Shown here one piece after another: positions 1 through 12,600 of a stretch of DNA of 64,000 nt; within the stretch, counting starts at the first letter, position 1; each line of letters begins with the position of its first letter. This DNA is from Euprymna scolopes (taxonomy: Eukaryota), in assembly GCA_053919585.1 (NCBI GenBank), contig CM132784.1. One strand, written 5' to 3'. The notes below the pieces were generated by a model. That model was given only the letters and a program-made list of their open reading frames with translations, had not been told where the DNA came from and ran no database searches. The position numbers and the translations under genes were made by a program.

Positions 1-780
1 CTGTTGAACTCTTCGCTGGGAACTGACCACATTTGTCCATTTGAGGTGGTTACCTCAAACCCCCAATCAAACACATACAAAGAAGAGATTTTCTCTACTT
101 CTGACCTTGCCCATCTAAAGGCATTTATTTTCACCTTACACTTGTCCAGAAATTTCACTTGTCCTTCTTCACTACTTGTGACAGAAATTACTTGACCTAA
201 ATAAGTCATCGTCATAATATACTGCCACAAACTGTCCTTGTTTGCTGAAGCTGTAGTTTCCAAACTCTGCCTGATCAACTAGAGCACTTTCTTCATCTGT
301 TTCACTTTCTGATTCTTCGTTGTCGGGAAGTGTTTCATAGTCATTTATTAGGTCTATGCCATTCAAAAATGCTTTCAAGTGGCTTGCTAGTAACTCTAAA
401 AGTTGGTCAAGTTTTAAATGTTCAGACTTATTGCCCAGAACTATTTTCTGAAACCTAATTTCATCTTTGAGGGCCTCTAGTTTACTGTTCCTACTTCCTA
501 GTACATGCAGCATTTGTGTGACATTCTCTTCACTGAAACAAGGCCCACCATGTGTCTTCACCTTCTCAATGATGAAATTTTTTCTTATGGTTTGCTTCCT
601 TGTATTTTTCTCCTTTTCTTGTTTTGTTTTCTCCAGTTGTTGCTTCCTCTTCTAAAGTACCACCTTCTGTAATGTCTGCTGTTGTATTTGGAGTTTAGAT
701 TTGGATCCACACAATCCAAGCAACTTGTTCTTTTCAGATTTACTATCAAGCCAAATTAAAGTCGTTAATTTTATGCTATT
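1..780 (-). mobile_element. Degraded DNA-transposon transposase C-terminal remnant (family unassigned), intronic
   Basis: Frameshifted coding-like sequence: TLIWLDSK, KTHGGPC...KLEALKDEIRFQKIVLG, acidic linker, GQFVAVYYDD...VKFL...FRW. It resembles C-termini of invertebrate transposases and has no splice structure. Confidence 0.45.
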
Positions 781-1347
781 TATAGTTTTTTTCATTGGTC
801 AAATGGCAAAAATTCGCGAGAGTTTTAAATAAGGGGTATGATTTTCTTGATTTTTAAAAATTTAGCAGTTAGCGTTCGATATCAAAATTTTATCACTTTT
901 GTTGGTGTTATTAAAATAAATCAGTAAAATTGAATTTTTATTCAACAAATACAAAATAAACACCATACAAAAGAGGAAGATTTGCACTTTTATTTAATGT
1001 ATATTTTATCCAAAAGCGAATTTAAACAAATGAAATGCAGGCTGGTGAACATAACCTAAATTTAACCATTTTTTTTATGAATTCTACCCATTTTTCAGGC
1101 TGCTGCTGGTACCTAATTTTATGGACAAATATTTCCTAGAAACTTGTAATTAGTAAATTTAATATTCAATTAATTGAATTTTGTAAAATTATTGCTTGCT
1201 TTTTGCTTAAAAAACAGAAAGAATTCATTTCTTTGATATAAAAAAACGTCTCTTAGTGAAAGTTGTACAAATTTTCTGACTCCTTGTATGCATGTATATC
1301 TATTCTGAAACTTGACGAATGGTTTTATTTCAAAAAATCTTTTCTAG

Positions 1348-1461
1348 TTTCAATATTATTCAAGATTGCGGAGAAAAAATTTTTGATGGCAAACAATTAG
1401 AAGAATCCATGAAAGAATTTTCTGCCAAAGAAGCTATTTTAACCTCGGAGAAAGAAATAAA
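1348..1461 (+). CDS. HAUS3: HAUS3 coding exon (first in window)
   Basis: tttctag|...|gtaagt; FNIIQDCGEKIFDGKQLEESMKEF resembles FSILQKSGKPILEGAALDEALK; ends phase 2. Confidence 0.85.
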
Positions 1462-3616
1462 GTAAGTTCATAAGTTTTGCTTTAAATTGCATGTTTTCAA
1501 GTCTTTTTTTTTCTTTTTTTCGTTTAATATAAAATGTTAAGATTTATAGTGAATATTTCCTATACATCTTATTGCTTTTATTTTTTAAAAGTGTTTTTGT
1601 ATTAATCTTTTACCAGGAACACAAACAATACAGTATGTTAATACATAAGAACTGTCGACCCCCCCCCCCTCCATCCTGTATAGTTGCTGGACACTCTTAA
1701 TTCTGAGACCATTAAAATGCCTAATTGCTTACTGATAGGTTCAGTCTTACCTTTTTGGGAGATGGTCCTCTTTGTTGGAAAGATAACACTTAACACTTAA
1801 CGAGTTTAGGGATTAGAGTTTTGTCAGCCAGCCAACCTTGTAACCTCTTCCCTCCTAATTGGGTTCTTGGAAGGCTTACTTTTTGGCTGTTCAGGGGATT
1901 GAATCATGGTGGTGGGGTCTCTGTTAGGCTTAGTTTTCCTTGAAATAATTTTACCTTTGTCTCCTCTTTTATTAATGTTTTTCACAAATCCACACAAGAA
2001 ACACCTTACTATTTCTTATAGTAACATTAAAGATTAGGTCAAACTTTCCAGATGTCCAATGCTTTCTTTTGTGCAAATCTCTTTACACTATAGCTCTTTG
2101 TCAGACTAATTTGGATATTTCTATTGATAGCATTGATCAACATATAGATGGTTATTTGCATCTTGTCTGCATGGTCTTAATTTTTCCTCTGCAAGAATCT
2201 CCCTATTGCACGTGTCCTCAATCTTAAATCTCATGGGTATCCTTTCATCAGTTTGTTTGCTGCACTGCATTTCCTATTTGTTCTTTTTGTACCATTCCAT
2301 TTCTGACAATAATTGGTTCATATCAATGCATTGCAACTTCATTTGACAACCTCCATCTTTGTTTTGGTTGACTTAAGTGCTCATCGTCTAATCACAAATC
2401 TTGATGAAATGTCTTAACTTTTATGTCTCATGATTGTTCCAAATTGTCACATTCCTCGTACGCTTTTTTTGATAATGACCTTCTTCATCCATCTTTAACT
2501 TTTTTCTCACTTCTTTTCCTGACTTGTGTTTAATTTCCCTTTCTCTTCTATTGGATTCTTCCAATCATGCTTTCTCCATCCCCCCTGGTGTTGATTTTTT
2601 TTTTTAAAGTGTTTTGTTGATCGTTTTTTCCACAGGAAGACAACTACATGAAACCTGATTAAAATGGGTTTTGCAATTTCATATATGATGTACTGTTATA
2701 TAGCCGTATATAAATGTGTGAATATGTTTATGAGTGTCTTTAATTGTTATGTATCTATTGAATGTGTATAACTGGTATATATGTACTGTATTTATGTATG
2801 TTTATACATACTTTTAAATGTCTCTTATCTTCGAGTAGGTAAAATGTGTATATACATTCAGTTAGTAGTATTGTAATGTTCTCTTTCATTAAGTGGCTGA
2901 CTGTGGAAGAACGTTTACACAGATATTATTCATTTACTATGTGGCAATACATAACATACACTGGGACACGTACCTTCTTCCTTTTGGCTGGTCTGTAATT
3001 AAAGGTTTCTTCTGACGAAACACCAAATCGAAGTTATATTTTTATATAACTTTTATTTCACAGGTTTTCCCGGAGTTTGCTACTACTTCACATCGTGCTA
3101 TATTACACCTGTTAGCTGACCGGCATCAAGAGACCAAATCTGTTCCAAGTCAAAAAGCCCAAAATCTAGCTTCTTAGCTTTCATTCCTCTAACTCAAACT
3201 GGTCTGTCTTTTCTTCTGGCTAACATGTATATAATAAAACTATTTCTTTGTAACTATGCCCTTATCTGCAAACGTAGCACAAAGAATCAATCATGTAATA
3301 ACGCCATTGTTTTCATAATTCCTAATTGCTATTGATTCTAAAATTCCTTATGCATATTTTAGCTGATATTCCATTTTTCCCAAATTCCAAACATCAACAA
3401 CATTTTCCTCTATTGCATTTTTCACATTCAAACATTTAGATTTTTTATTACAATAGTAATAATAATAATCCTTAGGTCACCTGGCATTATCCGGCAATGC
3501 TCAAATATAATAGTATGATAGGGTTGTATCTTTAGTGATTCTGCTAAGGTTACTGACTTCTTTTTGGAAGTGACACCTTCATTCTTCATTCTAAGTTTCT
3601 CTTATTCTTCTCCTTG

Positions 3617-3648
<32 letters not shown>

Positions 3649-6600
3649 GGCATCACCACATTATCAAGGCCCAGAGGCCACTCAAGGATAAGGGTTAAAG
3701 AGTGTACATATGGAATATGGAACGGCTCATCAAGAACTTATTTACCTTAGACTTGAACACAACCATATTGTAGTCAGCCGGAAAGCAGGAAAACGGAAGA
3801 CAATTCCACAGGCGTGCAGTTCTAAGAAAGAAGCTTTGTTCATGGAATCTATGTTTAGGTTTAGGCACAGATAAAGAGTGGGGGAAATTATTGATAGTGT
3901 TTACAGCTAGACGAGTGTTTCTTGTGAAAGTTTGGCGAGGGGGGACCATAGATTGAAGCTCAGTTGAACACTTTCCATGAAAATAACGATACATCAGAGA
4001 CAAACTCGCAACATCTCTTCTGTGAGATAGAGGTTGTAAGGAGGAGAAAAGGACATCTCCTACGAGGCTACGAAGTCTATTTTAAACTCTATCAAGGCAG
4101 GACAAGTCCTTTCTAGCAGCTCCTGCCCAGATGTGGCAACAGTATTCCATCCTTGGACGTACCTGGCTCTTATATAGATAGAGAATAGCATCAGCAGTGA
4201 GATATCTACTGGATCGATAGAAAGATCCCACCATTTTTCCAGCGGCCTTGGCAACAGATTTGATATACGTGTTCCATTTAAGATCAGGAGTAATGGTCAA
4301 GCCCAGAAGCTTGTCAAAACTTGAGGCCTCCTGAAGACGAGAGCCATTCATTTCAATTGATGACAAATGTGGATTAAAATGATGATGTAAAGAGAGAAGC
4401 TTGGTTTTAGATGCATTAAAAGTAACCAGCCACTCCTTTCCCCATTGTACTACATGCTCAAGATCAGAGGAGAGAGAATTGGAGAGTACTTGCTCGTTTA
4501 CTGTCTTAGATGTGGTACCATAAATGGTAGTGTCGTCAGCATAAATGTCTACAAATGATGTAAGGATATGATTTGGAAGATCATTAATGTAGATCAGGAA
4601 AAGAGTTGGGCCCAGGATGGATCCCTGAGGGACACCGGCATTAATACTGTGAGCTTCTGATTTTTGCCCCTCAACTACTACTCTTATGAACCTATCAGAA
4701 AGAAATGATTTAATAATTGAGAAGACTTTTCCAGCTATACCATAGCTAGCGATCTTATGAAGTAAACCTTTATGCCATACCCTATCAAAGGCTTTAGATA
4801 TGTCAAGAGCAATTGCCCTAGAAAGATTGCCACCGTCGAGAGATTTGCTAATCCTATGCGATATAACTGTAAGGACATCTGCTGTAGATCTAGCAGAACG
4901 GAAACCATATTGAGTGTCACTAAGAAGGTTATTTTTGTTGAGATGTTTGATTACTTCTGTATTTAACACAGATTCTAGCAACTTACTCATGACGCACAGG
5001 AGACTTATTGGCCTGTACTGAGAGGGGGATGAGCGATCACCTGAATTCTTAAATACAGGGCATACTGATGAGATTTTCCAGGGAGATGGGAAACTATTCT
5101 CCTTAAGACAACGTTTAAACAGTTTTGTAAGTATGGGCGCTAGTTCAGGTTGAAGTTTTTTGAGTACTATAATTGGAATACCATCAGGGCCAGTTGCTTT
5201 ACTGGAATCAAGGTTTTTGATTAGCTTGGCAACATCACGTACAGATATACGTATATCACATAGCGTGTTTTCTGATACAGGAGGAAATATTGGGGGTTGG
5301 CGGTCTTGGTCGCAAAGGGTAGAATTAGCTGCAAAGTTCTTGACAAAGAGTTTGGCTTTGTCTGATGCTGACGAGATTACCTCAGGTCCATTGATAATAG
5401 TTGGGATGGAGCACACGCTTCTGTTCAGGATTCTGTTTGCTATTTGCCAAAACTGGTGGGAACCAAGCCGCTGCTCAGCTACTTTGGACTTAACAGATTG
5501 AGCATACAACTCTCTTGCGTTCCTTATTACTTTCTTACAATGGTTGCTGGCAGTCCTGAAAACGGCTTTAGTTTCCATACATCTATTACGTTTGAAGCAG
5601 TGGAAAAAGTGATTTCTGTGCGCAATGGCAGCAGCACATTCTGGAGAGAACCATGGCTGGCTGTTAGGTTTTTGCTGAAACTTTTTAGAGGGTATGAAAT
5701 GGTCAATACCTACAATTAACCATTCAGTTAGGTCTAATACTATAGAGGACACATCCTTTTTAAACATGGAATGCAGAGGTAGATCAGATATAAATGTACG
5801 GAAGCTATCCCAGTCAGCCTTAGTGTATCGATATACTGTACGATGAAGTGGTACGTCTGGGGACTTATTACATTTCATTTTTATCTTAATTGATACAACA
5901 GAGTGGTCGGAAGATCCAAGAGGCGACAGAACAGAAACTGAACATAGTTCAGGGCAAGTTGTGAGAAAAAGGTCTAGTAGGCTCGCATACTGGCCGTCAT
6001 TATCGGGCACATGGGTAGGTTCCTGAACAATCTGAGTGAGGTCATAGGCAATGGAGAAATCATGACAGAACCTCCCCTCATCATCGGTCTTGTTTGAGTG
6101 GGTCAACCATTCGACGTTGTGAACATTGAAGTCTCCACATACGTGAATGTTAGCTGAAGGATAAGTAGAAAGGACTTGGTCAATTTTCTCAGATATGCTT
6201 TGAAAGATAGTAACTCCGCTGTTGTGGGGGCGATAGAGAGTAAATATAAATGCAGTAGTGTGAGCTAAAGCAACCCGGAAGCACATATAGGGTAAGTTAG
6301 GATCTTCCCTGGAGATGTCCCTCCCACATGGAAAGCTATCTTTAATATAGGCACATATTCCATGCCCATGGCGATCTTGGGGGTCAGATTTAGAAGTTAA
6401 GTTAGAGTATCCTGTAATTGCAAACTCATCTAGGGAAATAGCCTGTCCAATGCCAGTTTCACTTAAAAATAAAAGGTCTGGTTTAGTCTCCTGTAATTGG
6501 GTTTCAACCTCTGGAAGGTTAGAACGTAGACCCCTGATGTTGGAGAAGGAGACATGGTAGTAGGGGTCTACGTTGGAAGTTGGAGAACCGGGTTTAATCG

Positions 6601-9600
6601 TGTATTTTTTCTTGAAACTTGTCATGATGAAATTTTGGAATTTGTGGACTAGGTCGACAGATTTACTTAGAGCAGGACAGAGAGGGGAAACTAAGAGAGA
6701 AAAAGAAACGAAGAATTTTTTTTTTTTTTTGTACCACATGATAAGGTAAAGCCGTAACAATTACCCACTAGTATGGCATCGAGAGGCCCCACCAGAAGCT
6801 ACTGCATGGTCCAGATTCCATTCACCAAATGGCAATACAGCAGCCCCAGTACTTTGCACCTGCTGATAGGACAGCCTCCTTAGTGGTTAATCCAAGGTTC
6901 GGGTCCCTGACTATCAGGCGGATAACGTCAGCCCAGACAAAACGTTTACCTCCAGCACCCTTACTAGTGACATGGCTACAAGGATAGACATAGAAACAGA
7001 AAATTTCCACCAACTCTGCCAACTGTTCGCGCAAAAATACTGCCAACCTAGAAAACAGCTTTTTCTTCTCCCTTTGTCAGAAAAATCACTCATTTAAAAA
7101 ATGAGGACTGAGGGACAAATAAGAAGAAGCAAGAGTAACAGGAGCTGCCGATAACGCATCCACAATGCGTTTTCTACTCTCCATTAAAAAAAAAAAAAAT
7201 AAATAAATAAATAAAAAATAAAAAATAACTATTAAGTATTGTACTTAATAAAAGTCCAACGGACCTGTTTAAGGGAAAGTATGGTGATAGATTCCCCTCC
7301 CACGAACTAAAAATGAGTACAATAAGGTAATCTATTTTTGCAATCAACTCGGTAGATAAATAAACATTTATGGACGAGAGAAAAAAAAAAAAAAAAAAGA
7401 AGCTAGCATTTAATACAACAGAAATACATAAATTAAATACTGAAATAAAATGTAGTTATTAATATTTGAATCTTAAAATAAAAAGTGCGAATTAGTAGAG
7501 AAAAAAATCACTTATCACAACAACGCATTCCGTCTCCAAACTAGTGAAGAATTTAACTTTTAATAGCGTTCAGAAGATTTTTTTTTTTTTTTTTAAATTA
7601 ACCGTTAAGAGAAAGTGTGATTTTATTCTGAACTTTAACTAATCACGTTTTAAGCAACTTATGATATAAAACAAAATCGGATGGGGGGGGGGGTTCTTCC
7701 GAAGTTAGTTGGTGACGTTATAAGTAATTGCGAGATAAGATGGGAGCCAGAAATTAGGGGTGGGGGACTGAAAATGATAATATAATGGATTGATTATACA
7801 ATATTTAAGATCAACTTGGTAGATAAACATTTATGGACGAGAAAAAAAAAAAAAAAAAAAAAAAAAAAAGAAGCTAGCATTTAATACAACAGAAATACAT
7901 AAATTAAATACTGAAATAAAATGTAGTTATTAATATTTGAATCTTAAAATAAAAAGTGCGAATTAGTAGAGAAAAAAATCACTTATCACAACAACGCATT
8001 CCGTCTCCAAACTAGTGAAGAATTTAACTTTTAATAGCGTTCAGAAGATTTTTTTTTTTTTTTTAAATTAACCGTTAAGAGAAAGTGTGAAGTTTTCATT
8101 TGTTTATGCTTCTGCCATTGCCTATCATAACTATTACTTTAATAACTATTGTCTGGATGGTTATGAGGTTCTGAAACAATCCTACAGAAGAGATAGCAAT
8201 GATTACAAGAAAGCAATCTCTAAGACTTACTATTCGCAAAAGATTCACAAATCTTTTCTCCAAAGATCGGTTCTTGTGATTTTTGGAGAATCTAAAATAG
8301 TGGCAAGTTTACTATTCCTCCTCTTTTTAATGGTCTTCAAGTTATTTCATTTGATCTCTTTGCTCATCTTTTTATGACAATTTTTCTCTTGATGATTCTG
8401 GCGATGTCTTTCTTGATTTTCATTTGAAAACTGACCACTCTCTTTACTGTTATCCCCACCTCAAGATGGTTGCTACAGTTCTTTCTGATCTTAACCAATC
8501 TAAGCCTTTCGGTCTTAATTCAATTTATGTTGTCCTGAACTTCTATCTTGAAATTATTCAATCTCAGTTCTGCTTCTCTTCTTGGAAACCATTCTCTGTT
8601 GTTTCTATTTTAAAAAACACTGGTGATACAACTAAGTATTAACCTGTTTGCACCCACTGTTTTTGAAAATGATTAACAAGCTTGTACAATTTCTGCAATA
8701 TTTGGGCCTCTTTTATGATGTTCAGTATGGCTTTTGTGATTTTTGTGCAAGGCATAATCAATCTATAAGCTTGCTCAACAATGTCCTCATGAGATTCCTA
8801 AACAAATCACACAATCCCATCCCCCTTAAAACATGTAATCCTCTTAGCAAGCCTACTCTGTGAACTAGGGATGGAGTATCGTGCCCCCATGATTATGAAA
8901 GTGGAATGTGGAGAATTTTTCACCAATCTCCTTTCTGGGCTTACATTCCCATCAGTAACCGAATGGTACATCACTCTGCTCCCCTAGTCTCCTCCACAAA
9001 GCAGACCCAGGTTCTCATGCCCCTCTAAGGACCCTTCACATCACCCTGTCGTGTCCTGCTCATACTCCTTTCCATCTGTTAGAGTTGCCTCACAAAGATA
9101 TATTATACTCCGAGCAATTGAGACAAAATTGATCTCCAAATGATATGAATTATGGGTGAAAACCTAATCACCATTTCACAGGAGAGAAAACAAGATGAAA
9201 AAAAATCAGCAAAAAAAAAAAAAAATGAATAAGATATGATGTTGCTAATTTATCTCTTTTTTTTTTTTTTTTTTTTCATTAAAGCATATCATAAAATACA
9301 AACAAAAGCTGTTTTCATTTTCTACCACTAGTCTCTCACTCTTAGATAAGGTCCAAAAAAAAGAGTCTCAAATCTAATAGGTCCCGCACTATTGGTCAAG
9401 TTCCAACTTGCGTCCCATCACCACAATGTTGCATCCCTGTCTTTAAAGATAATATAAAAGGAATATTTTAAAAAATAATAAAAATTTAACATTTTAGAGT
9501 GAGGGATTACTTTCTCATATAAGTTTAATGTAAAATGAGCACCCATTTCTTGGCCATGTAGCGGTAAATGAGACGTGATCATTAGTATTTTTTTTAGTTT

Positions 9601-12600
9601 GGTTGCAGGGGAGGGGCAAAAGAGGGAACAGAATGGGGATCATAAGTTCAAACATTTTAAAAATATGTAGAAACACTTCAAAGCATGGGGGGGGGGGTAC
9701 TTGTGCAAAATTTGAACCAGACATAACTAACTGGCTGCTCGACTTTGCTCAGAACATGACATCAACCACAAGTTTTTGCCAGGCGTCACTGATTATCACA
9801 GCGTAAGAATGCTACTCAAGGAAAATAAAAAAAATCACCAGAAAAAAACAAGTATATTAGATATAATAAAAATAAAGAAACAACAACCTAATGCAACAAT
9901 TCCTGTTTAATTGTTGTACGAAGTTTTTTGGAGTGAAAAAAAAACAAACTTTTTTTTTTTTTTTTTTTGCTCAAACAAAATTAATGAGAATCAATATTGT
10001 TTTTCATATTTTTAACAAAGGTTTTTTTTATGAAAGCACTTTTTTTTCATGTATTATATATATATATATATTTTTTTTTTTTTCATTTCTTTAAATTTTT
10101 TTTCTTTAAATTTGTAACTAAGGTAAAGTAAACTTTTTCTTTTCTTTTCATGTTTTCATGAACATTTTTTTCTGTGGGGCTGGGCCACCAAATTTTTAAA
10201 ATTTAAATTAAGACAGCTGGGATATTCCCTTATGATTAGGTAGACTTTTCTATGGCCACATCAGACGATGTTAAAGTGGCATGAGAAGAGAGAGTGAATG
10301 TGGAAGAAACTTCGCCAGCCGGGTAGCTTTCTGATATATGGCTTAAAATGGAAACAAAAGATCATTGCCAAATTTCTGTCTTCACATAAACTTGAAAAAT
10401 AACTGTCGAGAAGCTCCTGGCATTTGCAACTGACTCTTGATCCAAGGTGGAAATTTTCACCTTGTATAAAGTTGTTAGGAACGGCCATTTGAGGTTGTGT
10501 TGTTTACTTAATTTAATGATTTTATTTTCTTCCAATATTTTCACCAAGGATCGTCTGCTCTTTTGCCACACATTAAGCGGACAGTTACGTCTGGTTCAAA
10601 TTCTGCACAAGTATCAAGATTTGCTTTGAAAAGGTCTCACTGTTAAATATTACTTAATTATTATTTCCTGATGTTAAAAATAATTGTGTGTTAACAAAAA
10701 AAAAAAATGAGGGTGGCCATGTACAATGCACACTCCTTGTATTTTTTTCGTCATGTTTTCAATTTTTTCAACAGATTACACTCCTCTTCTATAAAGGATT
10801 TTTCATTTAATCTAAGGACAATGATGTTAAGTCCTTTATTATTCAATGTATTCTGTATTATTTTTGCGTGCATTCAATTTTTGTGCATTTATACATTAAT
10901 TCTGTATAGTCACTTGCACTTTTTTACACATTAATTCTGTCTATTCACTATTTCATGGCTTGCTATAACATATACTGACCCAACTAGTAAATTATTATTT
11001 TATAGTTATTATATAGAAAATAGAACTTTTCATTTGAACCTTTTAAAGGATATCAGTTCTAATTTGTCATTTTCAGTCTTTTTAATGTTTTAAAAATGTA
11101 AAAATAAAATTTTGCTGTAAAATAAAAAAAAATAATATAAGAAATTCAATTCGATTTTCACACTTTTTATTTTTTATTTTCAGTGATGAAGAATTAGATA
11201 TTTGTCAGAAAAGAAAAGAAATGCTGTTACAATCAAGAGCTGCTTTAGAGTGAGTACTTTTCTTTTTACTTAATTTCTCAGCACATAACAATAAATGTTG
11301 GAGACAAATTCTTTCAATTTAGATTCAATGGAGATAAGACATTTTTTATATTAGAATAAATGTTTTTATTGTGAACAAAGCTTTTTACTTAATCAAAATA
11401 TTTATGATTAAATCAGTTCTGTAATAATTTTCATTTAAAATTTTTCAGAATAATATCTATTTACTTGCTTTTCCATGAGGGTAAGGTTACACATAAGGGT
11501 TTGTTTTTGCTTTTTTATAGAGAAAATTTGGTTCACTCAAAAGTGGAACTTTTGGCCTATAGAAATTAAAAATTACTTCACTTTAATCACTGATTGCCAT
11601 GAAAAATAACGCTCTTAATGACCATCCTAAGCCTAACATCTACAGACAATATGAATTGAAACAAATACATTGAGGACATTGCCAAGGCTGCTACAAAAAA
11701 ATTGGCTCTCTCTATCATACATTTCTGGTGCTACCAGATCAGACTGTTTGGAGATATTGCCTTCCTGAGATAAAATGCACCTAACATTGATGATTTTTTT
11801 TTTTTTTTTTTTCCCTTTTTGCCAAACTTAATTATGTTCTACAAATACAACCGCCCACCTTTCCTCTCTTTCTCTTTCCCCCACTTCCCGACTGGTTTCC
11901 TTACTTAAAACAAACATTAATACTATAACTCTTTTTCCCTCTCTCATTGCAAAACTTATGCATGTTCTGCAAGGCTTGGAACAAAAAAAAATCCACAACA
12001 AGACAACCAAGCCAAACACGACAAACTGGTGATTGAAGATAGAGTGAGGAATAAAAACGTACCAAACAACTGAAACAACAAATGAATATTTGAAGATATA
12101 AAGAACTTGAAGCATAAAAATTGCTTCCAAAATTACTGTATTTGGCATTAAATAACCTGAAAAGGGTGGATATGCCGTAAAACAAAACAACCAAACCTAT
12201 CATATGAGAAAATCACTCACACCTAGGAGTATCCTATACTTTTACAAACCCATAATTCACCCTTGCATAGAGTATTGTTGCCACATCTGGAATGGTGCAT
12301 CTACCACTACTCTCTCTCACTCTTAGATAAGGTCCAAAAAAGAGTCTCAAAAGCTGCACTATTGGCCAAGCTCCTACCTGTGTCCGATCACCACAATGTT
12401 GCATCCCTATGCCTGTTTTACAAGGACTGTAATGGAATTTGCTCTGATGAACTCCTAGCACTTGTGCCCCTGCGATGTACATACTACGAACAAACAGCAA
12501 AATCTCACCCTGTTGATGTTTCTAAATGCTGGAAAGCCTTATACTCTAATAATTTTAACCCTCAGCTCGTTAGACTTTGGAATTCCCTCCCTGCTCCCCT

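Noticed and set aside
1640-3450. Possible coding or retroelement remnant in the first visible HAUS3 intron
   Set aside because: No frame or motif could be reconstructed by eye; left unannotated.
4060-4254. Programmed frameshift or separate ORFs at the LINE C-terminus
   Set aside because: The downstream part is in the same frame; a single nonsense substitution explains it.
6626-6760. N-terminal 45-aa extension of the 892-aa ORF (MLRLYL...KKKKKFF)
   Set aside because: It starts at a non-ATG codon and runs through an A-run and pyrimidine tract. The ATG at 6625 directly precedes the endonuclease domain.
7343-8090. LTR pair or TRIM element
   Set aside because: No TG...CA termini, primer-binding site, polypurine tract or TSD were found.
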